64,000 nucleotides of DNA from Flaccisagitta enflata. Taxonomy: Eukaryota. Below, in pieces: positions 49,415 to 64,000 of this stretch (the first letter of the stretch is position 1; each line of letters starts with the position of its first letter). The stretch is from NCBI GenBank assembly GCA_965153355.1, contig OZ231126.1:41478001-41542000 (forward strand), in the 5' to 3' direction. Made by a program: the position numbers and the translations under genes. Under the pieces are notes generated by a model, which made no database searches, was not told where the DNA came from, and saw nothing but the letters and a program-made list of their open reading frames with translations.

Positions 49415-50229
49415 ATGAAAAGGAAAAAAGAGAGAAAATGTACGTCCAGCCTGTCTTACTTGCGCAGTGTCCTTATATAATTATATTATTCTCTTCACTT
49501 TCATTGGTTCTGCGCCTCCAACCTTTCACCTTGCACAAGCGCCAATGAGTTCTGGGCGGGAAAGGTCCCCCGCCATCCAAAAATGCCCCCGGAAGGTAAT
49601 CCGGAAGGTTTTAGAGTGTTTACCGCGACTACAATTCATTAATGAATGAAATTCATTCCAATTAAATCTTTGAGGATGATACTTATAAGAATCTTAACTC
49701 ACGTTCATCAACGTGACGCAATCGAAACATTCTGAAAAATCAAGGATTTTCTTTAAGTAGCTTAGGGATGCAACACATAATTCAGTTGCATGTTGATAAA
49801 TCCGAAACGACATTAGGTACTTTTTAATGGAGACAGAAACGTTGTCACTGCCAGATGCAAATTAGCTCCTCACATTGCTTTTGAGATGTGGAAGGACATA
49901 ACACGCCTCCGATGATAATTTTACGCATAGCGAACTCAGAATATTCGCCCTCATGGTTACCAGTTAATGTGATGATAATTATATGATAGTTCAACAAATC
50001 GGTAGTTCTCATGGGTAAAGACATGCTACTCGGAGGGAAAGAAGAAAAATCACACCTGCTTCCGGCACCTGATTACCGCACCTCCTATGGTTAGCGCTCC
50101 GGGCGCTTATGAAATTGAATTAGCGCCCCCTTATTCACGAACTAAACTATTGTTAAAACATTGAAACAGAGAAAATCTGGTTGCGCCTATATTGTAACCC
50201 CGGGTGACCTGTTTTCTGTGAAATCGCAG

Positions 50230-50322
50230 GATGGGTGATGCCACCGATGGACGAATTTGGATATTCCAACGGAGTGCAAGTTAAAGGCTATCGCATCTTC
50301 GTCAACGACGAACTAGTTGAAG
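50230..50322 (+). CDS. Coding exon 9, FN3 core (GWVMPPMDEFGYSNGVQVKGYRIFVNDELVE)
   Basis: W-x-x-P-P ... SNG-x-x-V-x-GY matches the RIM-BP FN3 pattern (W-x-PP...GxSNGxxVxGYxV). cgcag acceptor, G|GTGACC donor, phase 1-1. Too short for the ORF track. Confidence 0.85.
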
Positions 50323-50435
50323 GTGACCACAAACATCTCAAGGCTCTCAATTTTGTCTTTGTCATTTTCTATATGAGCATGACTAGATAAGCTTTGCCTC
50401 ACACCTGACGGAAACACCATTTAGTCATGTGGGGT

Positions 50436-51132
<697 letters not shown>

Positions 51133-51158
51133 CATCAATCCCTTATTTTCCTCTCCAG

Positions 51159-51256
51159 TGGTTCCGTCGACCTTGCAAACGAAGATCCTGGTGGATTCGT
51201 CTTCGTTCCCCAAACATCCCTACAAAGACTTCGGTTCCGACTACATTTGCTTCAAG
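51159..51256 (+). CDS. Coding exon 10, FN3 (VVPSTLQTKILVDSSSFPKHPYKDFGSDYICFK)
   Basis: ttttcctctccag acceptor, AAG|GTGACT donor, phase 1-0. Confidence 0.75.
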
Positions 51257-51843
51257 GTGACTAAAGGCGTGTTTCTATTAATTCGTCTGTCTCTATCTTT
51301 GTCTCAATTAACGTTATTTCTTTCATCTTTATTTTTGCCTCAAGGTGACTGACTTCATTTGCGAATAATTGAACCCTTTTTTCTTCATTACCCAGTAGAT
51401 TAGTCAGCAATTTCATTTCCCCTCCTTTCCCTTCTCTTCAAGGTCTTTGTTCAGTCGAGGAACTTCTACTCGGTTGAGCTGTTCCTGTATGAAGTCAGTC
51501 CTTTTATTGGTTTACCTGTTTGTCTGTTCGTCTGTCATTCTGTCGGTATGTCTGTATTTCCGTCTTTTGTTTACCTGTCTAATTGTTTGACTGCTATTGA
51601 GTCTGTCAGGAATGTGGATGTGATAGCTACTAATTCTTAAACTGTAAAATGGAAGAGGAAGCGGCAGCGGTGAAAGTGGCATGAAAATCGACCGCGTCTA
51701 CATCTCTTGTGCCTGTACACTACGGATATCTCAGTCAATGTGTCTTTCATTATCTGTTCGAGTGTCTGTTTGTCCGACTATTTCTTCATCTGCCTGTCTT
51801 TCCTTCCGTTTTTTCGTGCTGTTGACATTTAGCTTTCTGTGAG

Positions 51844-51964
<121 letters not shown>

Positions 51965-51994
51965 CATGAATTCCCCCTCATAAATCATCTTCAG

Positions 51995-52190
51995 GTGGTG
52001 GCCACGTCGGTCGGCGGCGTTGACTCTCCGCCTTCGACGTGCATCTTGGAAGTCGGTTTGGGAGCGATGAAGAGTGAAACCGGAAGTGACGTCATCGGTG
52101 GCGTCAAAAGCGGAGAAGCCATCGCGGCGTTGACGCCCGGAGAACAACCCCTCACGGAATCGGAACAGACGGCCAGCGAACTAGAGACCG
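51995..52190 (+). CDS. Coding exon 11, end of FN3 (VVATSVGGVDSPPS) and linker
   Basis: V-x-A-x-x-x-x-G-x-x-S-x-P-S pattern of FN3 strands F/G. tcttcag acceptor, G|GTAGGG donor, phase 0-1. Confidence 0.8.
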
Positions 52191-52305
52191 GTAGGGTAGA
52201 TGATGTGATTATACAGGCTGCGTAAAGTTATACTAAATCAAATATCCGCTAGTATCATGATTATCGTAGAAAAGTCTGGCTTTGGACAACATCTTTATAA
52301 TCATC

Positions 52306-52398
<93 letters not shown>

Positions 52399-52428
52399 TA
52401 ACGACAACGTCATCATATTTTTCGTCGA

Positions 52429-52623
<195 letters not shown>

Positions 52624-52933
52624 AATTGCATGGATCAGATGATCAGCCACTCGGTGTAAAGCACTTTAGCGGTCGATTGCATTAGTGCGTGAGCAATATC
52701 TGTTGCGTTATTTTCTCGTTGTCTGTCCAGCTAAAACTCGTAGTCGAAATTGACGAGTCAAGATGTGTCTTTGCGAACCATAAACGATGTATCTTGACGC
52801 AGCTGTCGCATCTGTCGTTGGATTTACGAACAAGTTGTGTTAGTTAATGTAGATGTTGTTGTGACAACGGTCGGGCGTCTGCTTACATTTGTTCTTTTTT
52901 TTGGTCTGTTTTCGATTTTTCTTTCTCTCTTTC

Positions 52934-53375
52934 TTTTGGCAGCAGCCCCAAAGGGGCCGATAACTTATGCTTTCACATATGGGCTAATTTCTTCTCCTCC
53001 TTCTTTCACCCCTCTTCAAGGCTCAAATCCCAACCTCTAGGCTTAAAACCCTGCCCTTCAGGCCTGAATCTCACTCTCAAATGGCATAGTATCGCAGGCT
53101 TAGTATCGAAGCTCCAATCCCTGCCTTGAGGCTCTATCTTGAGGCCCAATTCTAGCGTTGAAGTCCAAATTCCACCCTTGGCGTTGATGCCCAAATTGAG
53201 GTCCTCGTCTTAACCTCTTAGACCAGAACTCACCCCATGGGTTTTCATGCGCATGGGTCATCAGGCCCTTAGGGGACATGCCTCTCTCACATGTTACCCC
53301 CAAAACTCAACGCTCAATGCTAACTCAAGAGCATCGGGTACAGATGACCTGCTAATGCTTTTGCGACTATTTTTT
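52934..53375 (+). mobile_element. HINE-like family B copy (diverged)
   Basis: GGCAGCAGCCCCAAAGGGG...TATGCTTTCACATATGGG, degenerate 21-bp units, GCATCGGGTAC...GCTTTTGCGACTATTTT end. Confidence 0.6.
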
Positions 53376-54001
53376 TCTTCTCTTTGGTATCTTTTGATGT
53401 TTTTCCCGCTGTCGGGATTCATGTCTCCAGCTGGCATCGAGGACATTAACAAACCGAGTTAGCGCGTGTCTTTCCGTTCTTCTTCGTTTTTGTTGTTGTC
53501 CTTCTTCTCCGGTCTTCTCCTTTTAAGCGCGCTTTTGGCTCCTCCTTTCGCGCTAATTTTCTCCGTCGAACGCTTTTGCTCTTTGTCGAGAGAGACCCCT
53601 TCTGTACAGCTGATTGCAAAAGCAGCCATGTGTTCGTTTGTTTTGTTACACTTGTTCACCTTGAAAAAGTCGAGGGTGAATTGTATAATCTGTTTGGTAT
53701 ACTTAGATTCCGCGCTCCAGTTTTGGCGTAGTCTTTTTTTTACACGATTTTGTCGATTTGGCTGTCAGAAACAACGTCTTTTTTTTCTGATACCTTGGAA
53801 ACAAGGCCAAGTTGGCCAAAAGAGGAGCCAAGTTGATCATCATTCGTTTACGCGTCGGCCCAACCGACCAACGGACGGGCCACACGATCGGGCATAGAGC
53901 GCACTTTGATTTAAGTAGAAAATCGTCGGTAAACCTTTTTTTATCCTGTCCAAAGTGTTTATATCCTGCCCACTTACTGTGCGCAGTGCACTTGTACTCT
54001 G

Positions 54002-54113
<112 letters not shown>

Positions 54114-54876
54114 ATTTCCCTCTTTTTCAAATGCGTGAGTAGTTTTTTGCTCTGTCACGGCCGGAGAAAAATTAGAGCGGGAAGGTTATAAAAGTGGGAA
54201 TTTTACAGTTGGAAAGAAAACGAGGGTTTCGGCTTTACGCGTTATTGCAGCTAAAAACGTTTTTTTTTTCTTCTGTGCAACACCTGCGCCACACACACGC
54301 AGACACACTCAGCACCAACCCTACACAGACACACTCTCTCCACTACCCAGTTCACCCTCAATTCCGTCGCGTATCCTTCGTTTTGGTATTTAGTAGGTCG
54401 GTTGGTCGTTCGGTCGTTAGGACTTATCGGTCCACAAAGTCTCTAAGCCATGTTGGTCGACACACCTCACTGAATTTGCGGCTGCTTCGTAATAACTTTC
54501 CCTGGTCGGCATCCGAAGCCCCTTTACCGCTCACGTGCCCGTATCCGATGATGCTGGTCCGCTGTCGAGTCGCTGTCATCCCGCCAATGCGGCACTGCCA
54601 GGCCAATATGAGGCCGCTGTCGGTCTCTATTATGCACTCAGGACCTTGTTTTAGGGTTCCAGGTTCCCAACACCCAGAGTCGGCGAATTGCGACGCCGTT
54701 CAACGCGGCGCTGTGGTCTACCGCTTCCGCTTCTCCATTCACTCTCAATTCTGGGGCATATATTTACCATTACCGAACTCTGCTGTACGCGTCACTGCGC
54801 ACCACCAACAGAATGCTCACGCTCTCCTCTCTCTGTGACTGTCTGTGACTGTCTTTGACTGTCTGCGACTGTCTGC

Positions 54877-54967
<91 letters not shown>

Positions 54968-55471
54968 TTTCATTCTTCCTATTGTTTTTACCCCGGTGGA
55001 GACTTCGCATGACTTCACATTAAAGCACTCAAAGTGCTATTTCGTCATCACGTGGACTTACTGTTGGTCGCCCATTTATGCCATAGTAAAGTCTATGAGA
55101 GAGCTGATGATGAAACTTTTTGATATGCTTTGTGAATCGTGTGCGCATGCATGTTTAACTCGAATACAATAAAGCATGTACCCCGACATGCTACATGGAG
55201 GCATGCAGGCTTATAAAAGCTCGTATAAGCCGCCCCCCCCCCCTGGCGTTTCCTCGCCTATGATACGCTCGACTGTGCCGACGGCCGAGCTTCAGATGTT
55301 GGCCGGGGCTGAATGACCCCCCCCGGGGGGGGGGGGGGTGGAGGTGACGGAAATGACGAACATCGTCGTTTTCTGCGCTCGTCTGAGGCCAAGTTACGAC
55401 TCAAGCGAGACGCTGGCAAGCCCGAGGTGGAAACAGACAACGACGATGAGGCCTCGGCGGAAGAAGTGGCG

Positions 55472-55531
<60 letters not shown>

Positions 55532-55575
55532 AAGAAAAGAAAGACAGAAAGAAAGAAAGAAAGAGAAAGAGAAAG

Positions 55576-55642
<67 letters not shown>

Positions 55643-55649
55643 CACAGAC

Positions 55650-55720
<71 letters not shown>

Positions 55721-55907
55721 GAGAGACAGAGAGACAGAGAGAGACAGAGCCAATGAGAGAAAGAGACAAACAAGGACAGAGCGAGAAAAAAAGATGGAAT
55801 GTCTCCACAACAATGGCAGCCGACAGGCAGTAAAAATTGTAAAAATATCTCGTTGAGGTACCTTCAGGGTGCGATGAAACATAACTCCTCTGTGTACACG
55901 TTTTTGA

Positions 55908-55941
<34 letters not shown>

Positions 55942-55943
55942 GC

Positions 55944-56108
<165 letters not shown>

Positions 56109-56133
56109 CGTTGTTATTGTTATTGTTATTTTT

Positions 56134-56175
<42 letters not shown>

Positions 56176-57257
56176 GATCTTTCGTTCTTGACAAAATTAA
56201 TGAAATCGAGAATAGTTTTTGTGTTTGAAATAGAAATAAAAACTCAACACAAAAAATCATCAGTTGAAAAGCGGCGTTGCATTGATGCGCGTGGAATCGC
56301 CATCAACGTCTCATAAATTTAACGCGCGACTCTTATAATTTGTAATTAATCTTGAGGTTTCCACGTATTTTCTTTAACATTCTTGTTAAACTGAATTTTT
56401 TTTACTTTTTATAATCATCATCTTTTCTCATATTATGCGCAGCCAAAGAAAACTCTTTCCAATCTCTCAAGAAAGTTAGTATAATCACAAACAAACATCT
56501 AAAAAGGGAAATCTGATATTTCCCCATTTCTCACTCATTCAAATGGGAACAATTACCATCCCCTTCTCTTTTTTTTCCACAACTCGAATTCAATTTTTAG
56601 GAAGAAAGTTTCATATTTCTCCTCTTCCTTTGTGACAAATGATAATCCTTGGTTGTAGCCGCAGCTTTTTTTTTTGTCACGTTCGCGTTCGGATTTGTCG
56701 GCAGCATGTCAATGTCCTCTGAGATATTGTTCCAGCGAATCCGCAATTCCATGTCTACGTCATGTATTACGTCCAATACGAGGGGAATAACCTTTTTGCT
56801 TGGTAGCGATAGAAATATAATTTTTTTGGTCACCCATGATTACATCGACTACAACGTTTGTTTTTTACAGTAACACTTAAATTTTACAGACTCAAAAGTC
56901 AAATAGTTTGCGAAGAAAAGTAATCCGATGTTGTCGCAGTAAGCCATAATATGTGGTTTTTGTTTCTGTTTTTTTTTTTTTTTTTTAATTTTGTTTCGAT
57001 TATATCAACGACCAAAAATCTAATTACTCAACTAAAACGGTGTTTGATATAGAATTAGTATAGCAAATACCGTATCTAGAATCCAGATTCTTGGAATTAG
57101 TCTAGAATTTAAATGATACAAGGCCGGATACACGGCTACCCCAGTCGTGTACGGATGGGCAGGGAACGTATTTGAGCTGAGGTCACCAGAGCATTTGGGC
57201 AGGAGAATAAGAAGGACAGAGAGAGACAGAGACCTAGACAGAGACAGAGAAAGACAA

Positions 57258-57328
<71 letters not shown>

Positions 57329-57532
57329 AAGACTTACATTCACAGATCGTAAGATCGACTAAAGATGGTTTTTGTCATGCCTTTCATACGCTAATGCTTC
57401 AGATTTTACTACTTTCTTTGTTTAAGATTCACAGCAATGGAACAATTGTTAACAAACACCCTTTACTCCTAATTCACCCATTATCATACACAAACCACAT
57501 TCACTCACACGGCCTCGCCACCCCCCCCCCTT

Positions 57533-57624
<92 letters not shown>

Positions 57625-57639
57625 TTATGTACTGAAAAA

Positions 57640-58095
57640 AACAAGGCCGGATACACGGGCCAAGACGGTGCGCCGGGCGTTATTAATTCTTTGACCTATC
57701 CCTAGCTCCATCAGAACTATCCCTAGCTCTATTAGACCTATCCCTAGCTCTATTAGACCTATCCCGAGCTCTATCAGGCCTATCCCGAGCTCTATCAGAC
57801 CTATCCCGAGCTCTATCAGACCTATCCCGAGGTGTATCAGACCTATCCCGAGGTGTATCAGACCTATCCCCACACCTATCCGACCTATCCCCAGCTCGAT
57901 CAGACCTAACTGTAGCTGATTATTTTTGTGAATCAAATGACAAGTATCATCAATGATGAACGAAATGAGTTTTCAATTGATTTCAAACATTTTCAGCGAT
58001 TTTTCATTCGAGCGTGACCGACGGATGGACGGACGGACAGAGCCTCTCAGTCTTACAGAGACTATAGAGGTGCTATCCGATGGCGCATCTTGAAA
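57640..58095 (-). mobile_element. HINE-like element carrying a 21-bp minisatellite
   Basis: AACAAGGCCGGATACACGG end, about 10 copies of ACCTATCCCGAGCTCTATCAG (57694-57908), then a (GGAC)n core. Confidence 0.65.
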
Positions 58096-58244
58096 TCATC
58101 CTAGCTTATTTCTGAATCATTTCCAGTGATTTCTGCCGACTGACCAACAGACAAAGCTGGTTATAAAGGTGCTATGGAGCACCTAAAAAGGGAAAAAGCA
58201 GTGATCTCATTTCCCCCTCATTTTTCATTCATATTGTCTTACAG

Positions 58245-58492
58245 GAAGCTCGTGGTCTCGTCAGACGTTCAAAACTTCTCCCATAGACAATGACATGACG
58301 TCATCGTCGACGGAGATGTCCTCCTTGACGGAAATGACATCCTCGTTGACAGCAATGACGACCTCGTTGACAACGATGGAAGGAAAACGAAGGCGCAAAC
58401 CCAGTCGTCCAACCTCCCCTAAACTCACAAACAAAAAAATTAACAACAAAGATGGGGACCAATACAACAGAAACGTCGAAAGCAATATTTAA
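58245..58492 (+). CDS. Probable terminal coding exon 12 (GSSWSRQTF...NRNVESNI*)
   Basis: gtcttacag acceptor; phase 1 continues into ORF 58295..58492, stop TAA, then AATAAA at 58602. Contains short M(T)SSLT repeats. Confidence 0.6.
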
Positions 58493-58601
58493 AAGCTGTT
58501 GATATATAACACAAAGCCGCAGTATTCTGTTTTTTTTCCTTGGTAAACTTCCTTGTGTCAACTTAGTTATTGTAAAGATGTTTAAGATATTATGATTTTT
58601 G

Positions 58602-58607
58602 AATAAA
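58602..58607 (+). terminator. Candidate polyadenylation signal
   Basis: AATAAA about 110 nt after the predicted stop, in AT-rich sequence with downstream GT/T-rich tract; a second AATAAA lies near 58890. Confidence 0.4.
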
Positions 58608-59433
58608 AAATGTTTTTAAATTGTTGTAATAAGCATTTTACGGCAAGTCATTTGTTTCTATATTTTTTTATTCATCTAATCAAACGTTTGATGGATTTTG
58701 ACCTCTACTGCGCAGTTCATATCATAACGGGTGTCAAGTATCGTATCAAATGTTACCAACGGACGTTTACCGCATCGACTGATCGTCGCTTTAAATTTAC
58801 ATAGTCCCGCATTTACGGTTCTATCAAAACAGTAATCAACAATTTCTTGTCGTTGAATATTAAGATACAATTGTACTGATAAGTGATCTAAATAAAAGGT
58901 TGTTTTTAAAAACAATGAATCCTCTTTTTGTACCATTTTGGCGTAAGAGTGTGTTTGTCTGCGTGTCTGTTAATGCGTGTTTTTTGCGTTTGTGTTTTCG
59001 CCTGACATGACATGTCCATTGTTTACTCTTTTTACTCTCTTTGTCTCTCTTTGTCTCTCTGTCTCTCTTTCACACACACACATACACTCTCCACTTTCGT
59101 CACTGTTACATCTTCATTCTCTAACCCACTTTTTCCCCCTCTTCTTTTCTGTCGGCGAATATATTTTGACGTCAATTTCGAGGTTCGAGTGCGTTTGTGT
59201 CTGCGCGTGGGAATTCAGCGCCGCATATTCCACTTCCGACTTCTCACTTCTCACTTTGTCTCTGTCTGTTTCAGCGTCTGTCTCCGTCTAACTCTGTCTC
59301 TCTGTCTTTTTGTCTATTCCTGTCTGTCGCTGTCACTGTTTCTGTCTGATACTGACTCTCTTTTACGGCTTCTGTCTTCATACTTTTCGTTTCCTCTATT
59401 GCTGTCGGTCTCCTATCTTTGTCTATCTTGTTC

Positions 59434-59465
<32 letters not shown>

Positions 59466-59490
59466 ACTCACACGCACACACACACAAGCA

Positions 59491-60476
59491 TAGGACCCGA
59501 AGTAGTCAAGGTTTTGAAATTAACTAGTTAATGGTTAACTTGACTACTTTTTTCAGTAGTTAACTACTAAGAGTAGTTAAAAATTTTAGCCTTTTTTGTT
59601 ATATCCAATGAAATATTTTAAGAAAAGAGTGGCATCTACATTGAATTTTTACAAAGTTACATTTGCCCCAATCAATTTTGGCTCACATATTAGATGTTTT
59701 TTTTGTTGTAACCATGAGGTGCAAATTTGTCTTTTTTACAATTGATTGTAATGCTAAAAACTATAATCTAAGAAAATACCTGACTTGGCTATTTTGTACA
59801 GTAGATTCCACTCCAGACTTGGGATAACGGGAGTGTTGTATGAGAGCATAAATGAAGCCAGGGGGTGATATTTAGAATATAGACTTATAAAAGGATGTTT
59901 TATTCTGCGCGATAGCTGGTTGCCATGGAAACACATCTCCATATATTCTCGCAAAAATATCAATATTTTGAGAAATTTTTAGGAACATTGCTTAAAATTC
60001 AAATTTGCAAATAACTTTCTACAGTATGTTATTTGTGAAGAATGTTGCTCGCTTACACATAGGGGCCATCACATAGTTACGCCTCCCCTTGTGCTAACGG
60101 CTAAACTGAAGGATATTCTTACAGAACATACTGTGGGAAAAGTGTAACAAATATTATTTTAAGTAATGTTCCTTCAAAAAATTTCTCAAAATGTTGATAT
60201 TTTTGCGAGAATACATGGAAATGTGTTTCCAGAGCAACCAGCTATCATGGGTAATAAAGTAACCTTTTATTAGTTTATATTCTTAATATCACTCCCCTAA
60301 CTTCATTTGTTTTTCCACAATGCTTGCCCCGTTATTCAAGTCTAGGAGGGAATGGATGGAGGCACACAAAAATTAGTCAATTAGTTAACTAGTTAATTTT
60401 AGTTAGTTAACTGCAGGGGTTTTCTTTAAAATTTTAACAGTTAACTAATTCAGGCTAGTTAACTACTTGAGTCCCA
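59491..60476. mobile_element. hAT-type MITE with nested palindromic element
   Basis: 8-bp TSD CACAAGCA; imperfect TIR TAGGACCCGAAGTAGT / ACTACTTGAGTCCCA; subterminal TAGTTAACT repeats; nested palindrome 59805-60353. Confidence 0.75.
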
Positions 60477-60502
60477 CACAAGCAGTCGTCAAGAGTTTCC
60501 AG

Positions 60503-60607
<105 letters not shown>

Positions 60608-61062
60608 TAGCAGTCGTCATATTCGTGTTTTCTCTGTCTCTCTGTTTAATCAAGTTGTTTACCGGAAAAGGGCTTTTTGGTCTTCCAGAATTTTCGCTTG
60701 ATGGGTTTCACGTCTTTCCACTTGGTTTGAATTACGATGACGACTCGACTCGTAAGAACGAAAGAAACGCGGGCGTCGCCTTGCAGACTGTGCGATGAGA
60801 GAATATACAGCTAGACACGCGTACAGCCGCACACGCCTCCACGCACGTGTTCGACATCGGGCAATATCAGGGTTTCTAGATGGTCAGTTTGGCGGTACTT
60901 ATTACATGCGCGTCAGTGCGTATATTGACGACATTGTAGCAATTGGTACTGTATGAGGTAACATATGCCATGTAAATCTAATTAATATCAAAAAGTAAGG
61001 AACAGGCGCAGTTGGGCAAGAGCCATTGATATGCACTTTAGTGAAGCTCAAATGTACATTTG

Positions 61063-61176
<114 letters not shown>

Positions 61177-61253
61177 AAGAAAGAAAGAGAAAGAGAAAGA
61201 GAAAGAGAGAGAGAGAGAGAGTCTGCTAATACAAAATTGAACGTAAAGTGACA

Positions 61254-61777
61254 ACCCTACAGCCCAGCCCGTAAAACACTCATAGTAGAGACATGAAATT
61301 TGGTATGGAAAGTCAGTGGGGGAATACTTTTGGGTCATCAGAGGGTTTTTTCACTTCACTTGAGCAAAGATAGTAGTAGGACGGGTAGCCCCTGAGTGTT
61401 GAAAAATCTCAAAAATTTTTTTTTTTTGAGTTGTTGGATTTTTTCAATTGGATATGTTGTATTAGGCTCTTATAAACATAAAGAACTAAAAATTATTATT
61501 AAATTTTAATTTTAAGTGATTTTATGAGTTTTTTTTATTTTTGAAATACTTCGTTCTAACGTTTAAAAGAACATAACTCTTCTAATTTTGAGAACAATTT
61601 AAAAATTTTTGTATATATATCATGATATAAACTAGATTTAACCAATACAATTCAAAAATTAAAAAAAAATTGAAAAAAAAATTTTTGAGATTTTTCAACC
61701 CTCAGGGGCCACCCCGCCCCACCCCCATATTTTTGAAAAAACCCTCTGATGGCCCAAAAAGGTTTGGGCTGTAGGGT
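61254..61777. mobile_element. Unclassified MITE/foldback element
   Basis: ACCCTACAGCCCA / TGGGCTGTAGGGT termini; internal inverted arms TTTGGGTCATCAGAGGGTTTTTT / AAAAAACCCTCTGATGGCCCAAA. Confidence 0.65.
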
Positions 61778-61819
61778 GGGGTGGGTTAGAAAGTGACATA
61801 TAGCATTTTATAATCCATC

Positions 61820-62300
61820 CGAACTTATAAAAGGATGCTGTATTGCCCATGGGTGTTGGTTACCATGAAAACACATTTCCATGTATTCACGCTAAAGTGT
61901 AGATATTTTGAGAAATTTTTTGAGGGAACATTGTTTAAAATAAAATTTGCTACAACTTTTCCATAGTTTGTTCTATAAGAATATTGCTCGTTTAGCCGTT
62001 GCTAGGGAGCGTAACTATGTGTGATAGCCCTGTGATGCTCCCTAGCAACTGCCAAACGAGCAATATTCTAACAGTACACATGGTGGGAAAGTTGTAGCAA
62101 ATTTTATTTTAAACAATGTTCCCTCTAAAAATTTCTCAAAATATTGGTACTTTAGTGTGAATACATGGAAATGTGTTTCTATGGCAACCAATACCCATGG
62201 GCAATAAAACATTATCTTGTTTTTGTTTGTATTCCAAATATCAGTCTCTTAAATTTATCTGTTTTCCTGTGATGAATTCCCCCGCATTTCCAAGTCTAGA
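61820..62300. mobile_element. Long palindromic element, same family as 59805-60353
   Basis: CCATGAAAACACATTTCCATGTATTC...TTTTGAGAAATTTT / AAAATTTCTCAAAA...GAATACATGGAAATGTGTTTC inverted arms. Confidence 0.7.
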
Positions 62301-62341
62301 CGACATCTACTGTATCTAATGGGGAACTAGGAGTGGTGCGC

Positions 62342-64000
62342 GGATACCCCAGTCGCATGCGGTTGGGCAGGGCCCGTAGTTGAGGTCATCAGATCATTTG
62401 GGCAGGAGCGGTGAGGCCAAAAACCCTAAAAAATTAAAGTATGACCGACAGACCGACGGACCGACGGACCAACAGACCGACGGACCAACAGACCGACAGA
62501 GCGGGGTGAAGAGTCGCGTAGCACGCGACTAAAAATGGTGCACATGTGAATGCAGAGGTCATTGACCTCTTCATGGCAGCTGCCAAAAGAGAGAAGGAAA
62601 GATGTTTCTGCGTATGCAAGTGCATGTGTGTGTTTGTGTCTGTGTGCGTGTGCGATATGGAAGGCTTGTGTGAAGGGGGGGGCGAGCCTTCTTTCTTTCC
62701 TTCTCTCCTTTAGCATATCTTTCTCTTTTGAGAAAAAATGATCTAAAGCTTACAGAAGCATTCTTCATCAATTATCTCATTCATCTCTCACATCCATACT
62801 CTTTATAATTGTATTTGTAATTGTAGCTTTATATCGAATAGGAGAGATAACTTTTTTATATTTGTAAAATGGAGCACGCGACTGTGGCCCTGTTAGGGTT
62901 GTTATTCCTTAATTTTTCTCATTCTTTATTTACTTTTTTCCGTTTTTCTATTTATTCTTTCTTGTCGCGTGCTACGCAACTCTACACCCCGCTTTTACGA
63001 TCCGTCAGTCCGTCGGTCCGTCCGTGAGACTATACTTCCTTTTGGTTTTTGCGGTTTTTGCCTTTCCGCTCCTGCCCAAATGATCAAGCAACCTCATATA
63101 CAGCCCCTGCCCACCTGCACACGACTGGGGTAGCCGTGTGTCCGGCCTTGTTCTTCTTTTTAGTTGCAGACTGGCGACTCAATAACAGGCTTTGTCTGTT
63201 TGTCGGTCCATCAGTCTGTTGGTTCATTGGTTCATTAGTCTGTGATGATAGGTAGTTGATAAGTGCGAAAACGCGCGTTTAAGGTAATACGGTTGCGTGT
63301 ATATGGAATGTGTGTGTGGAATGGGTTTGTATTAGGGTGAACTAAATCTTGGTCAAATCTGAATCTTGTCTTCCTCGCAGGAGAAACGTGACCAAACTGA
63401 CCATTTCCATCATAGAGAATGACTTTAATTTTGGTGAGGATAAGATTAAGTTTACTCACCCCACCTTTCTCATTTTAAACAAGACCGGATACACCGGATA
63501 CACAGGTGGGCAGGAGCGGAAATGTGCGTTTTCACACATACCAACTCGATCATTACGGACCAACGGACCAACGGACGGATGGACAAAGCCTCTCATAGAG
63601 TTGCGTGTCCGCAAGTAAAAATAAGGAACCTAAATAGCCAACATCTTTCCCATTAATTTTCTATGGATCACATTATCTGTGATGGAAATGGACACATTTC
63701 TCCTGCAAGGAAGAAAAGATTCGAGTTTTACCATATTTTCAGTCACCCTAGTTTGTATGCCCCTGCTCACCTGACCGCAACCATATTGTAACCCTCTTCA
63801 CTTGTTCTGTTTCTTCTTCCTGTTTTTCTTTTCCTCTTTCTGTTTATTTTCTTTTTCTTTTTCTTTTCTGTTTCTTTTTAGTTGCGGACACGCAAATCTA
63901 AAAGAGCCTTTGTCCGTCCGTCCGTTGGTCCGTCCGTTGGTCTGTCTGTCAGCACGAGTCGAAAAGTGTGAAAACGCGCATTTCCGCCCCTGCCCACCCG
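62342..64000. mobile_element. Cluster of HINE family A copies (62342-62535 -, 62960-63152 +, 63478-63622 -, 63875-64000 +)
   Basis: Same subterminal palindrome, GTCC/GGAC core and hairpin-CTTGTT end; related copies also at 19908-20109 (-) and 22038-22265 (+). Confidence 0.7.
62554..62570. promoter_or_regulatory. Perfect IR1 nuclear-receptor element (EcR/FXR-RXR type)
   Basis: AGAGGTCA-T-TGACCTCT palindrome. Confidence 0.4.

Noticed and set aside
56597-56873. Opposed 74-78 aa ORFs in unique intronic sequence
   Set aside because: No recognisable domain or convincing splice sites in phase with the gene.

Overview
Animal (probably invertebrate) nuclear DNA; the species cannot be determined from this window. 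It is extremely rich in microsatellites and non-autonomous DNA transposons. Almost all short ORFs in the track are translations of simple repeats. One large + strand gene could be reconstructed by hand with 12 phase-consistent GT-AG coding exons (24012-58492, 9129 nt, 3042 aa). It has a JAKMIP-like N-terminal coiled coil, a single 6985-nt giant exon (coiled coil, SxIP motif, polyQ/polyN) and a C-terminal SH3 + FN3 module resembling RIM-binding proteins, a domain combination I do not recognise from characterised proteins. Non-coding DNA holds two families of Helentron/DINE-1-like elements, hAT-type MITEs with 8-bp TSDs (one triply nested), a Tc1/mariner-type MITE and palindromic elements. A CAC..GTG foldback element carries 4.3 near-identical copies of a 319-bp unit, whose minus strand can be folded into a spliced-leader-RNA-like shape (speculative). 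There is also a tight cluster of five nuclear-receptor half-sites at 12631-12687 and a perfect IR1 element at 62556-62568. All homology calls come from recall, not database searches.
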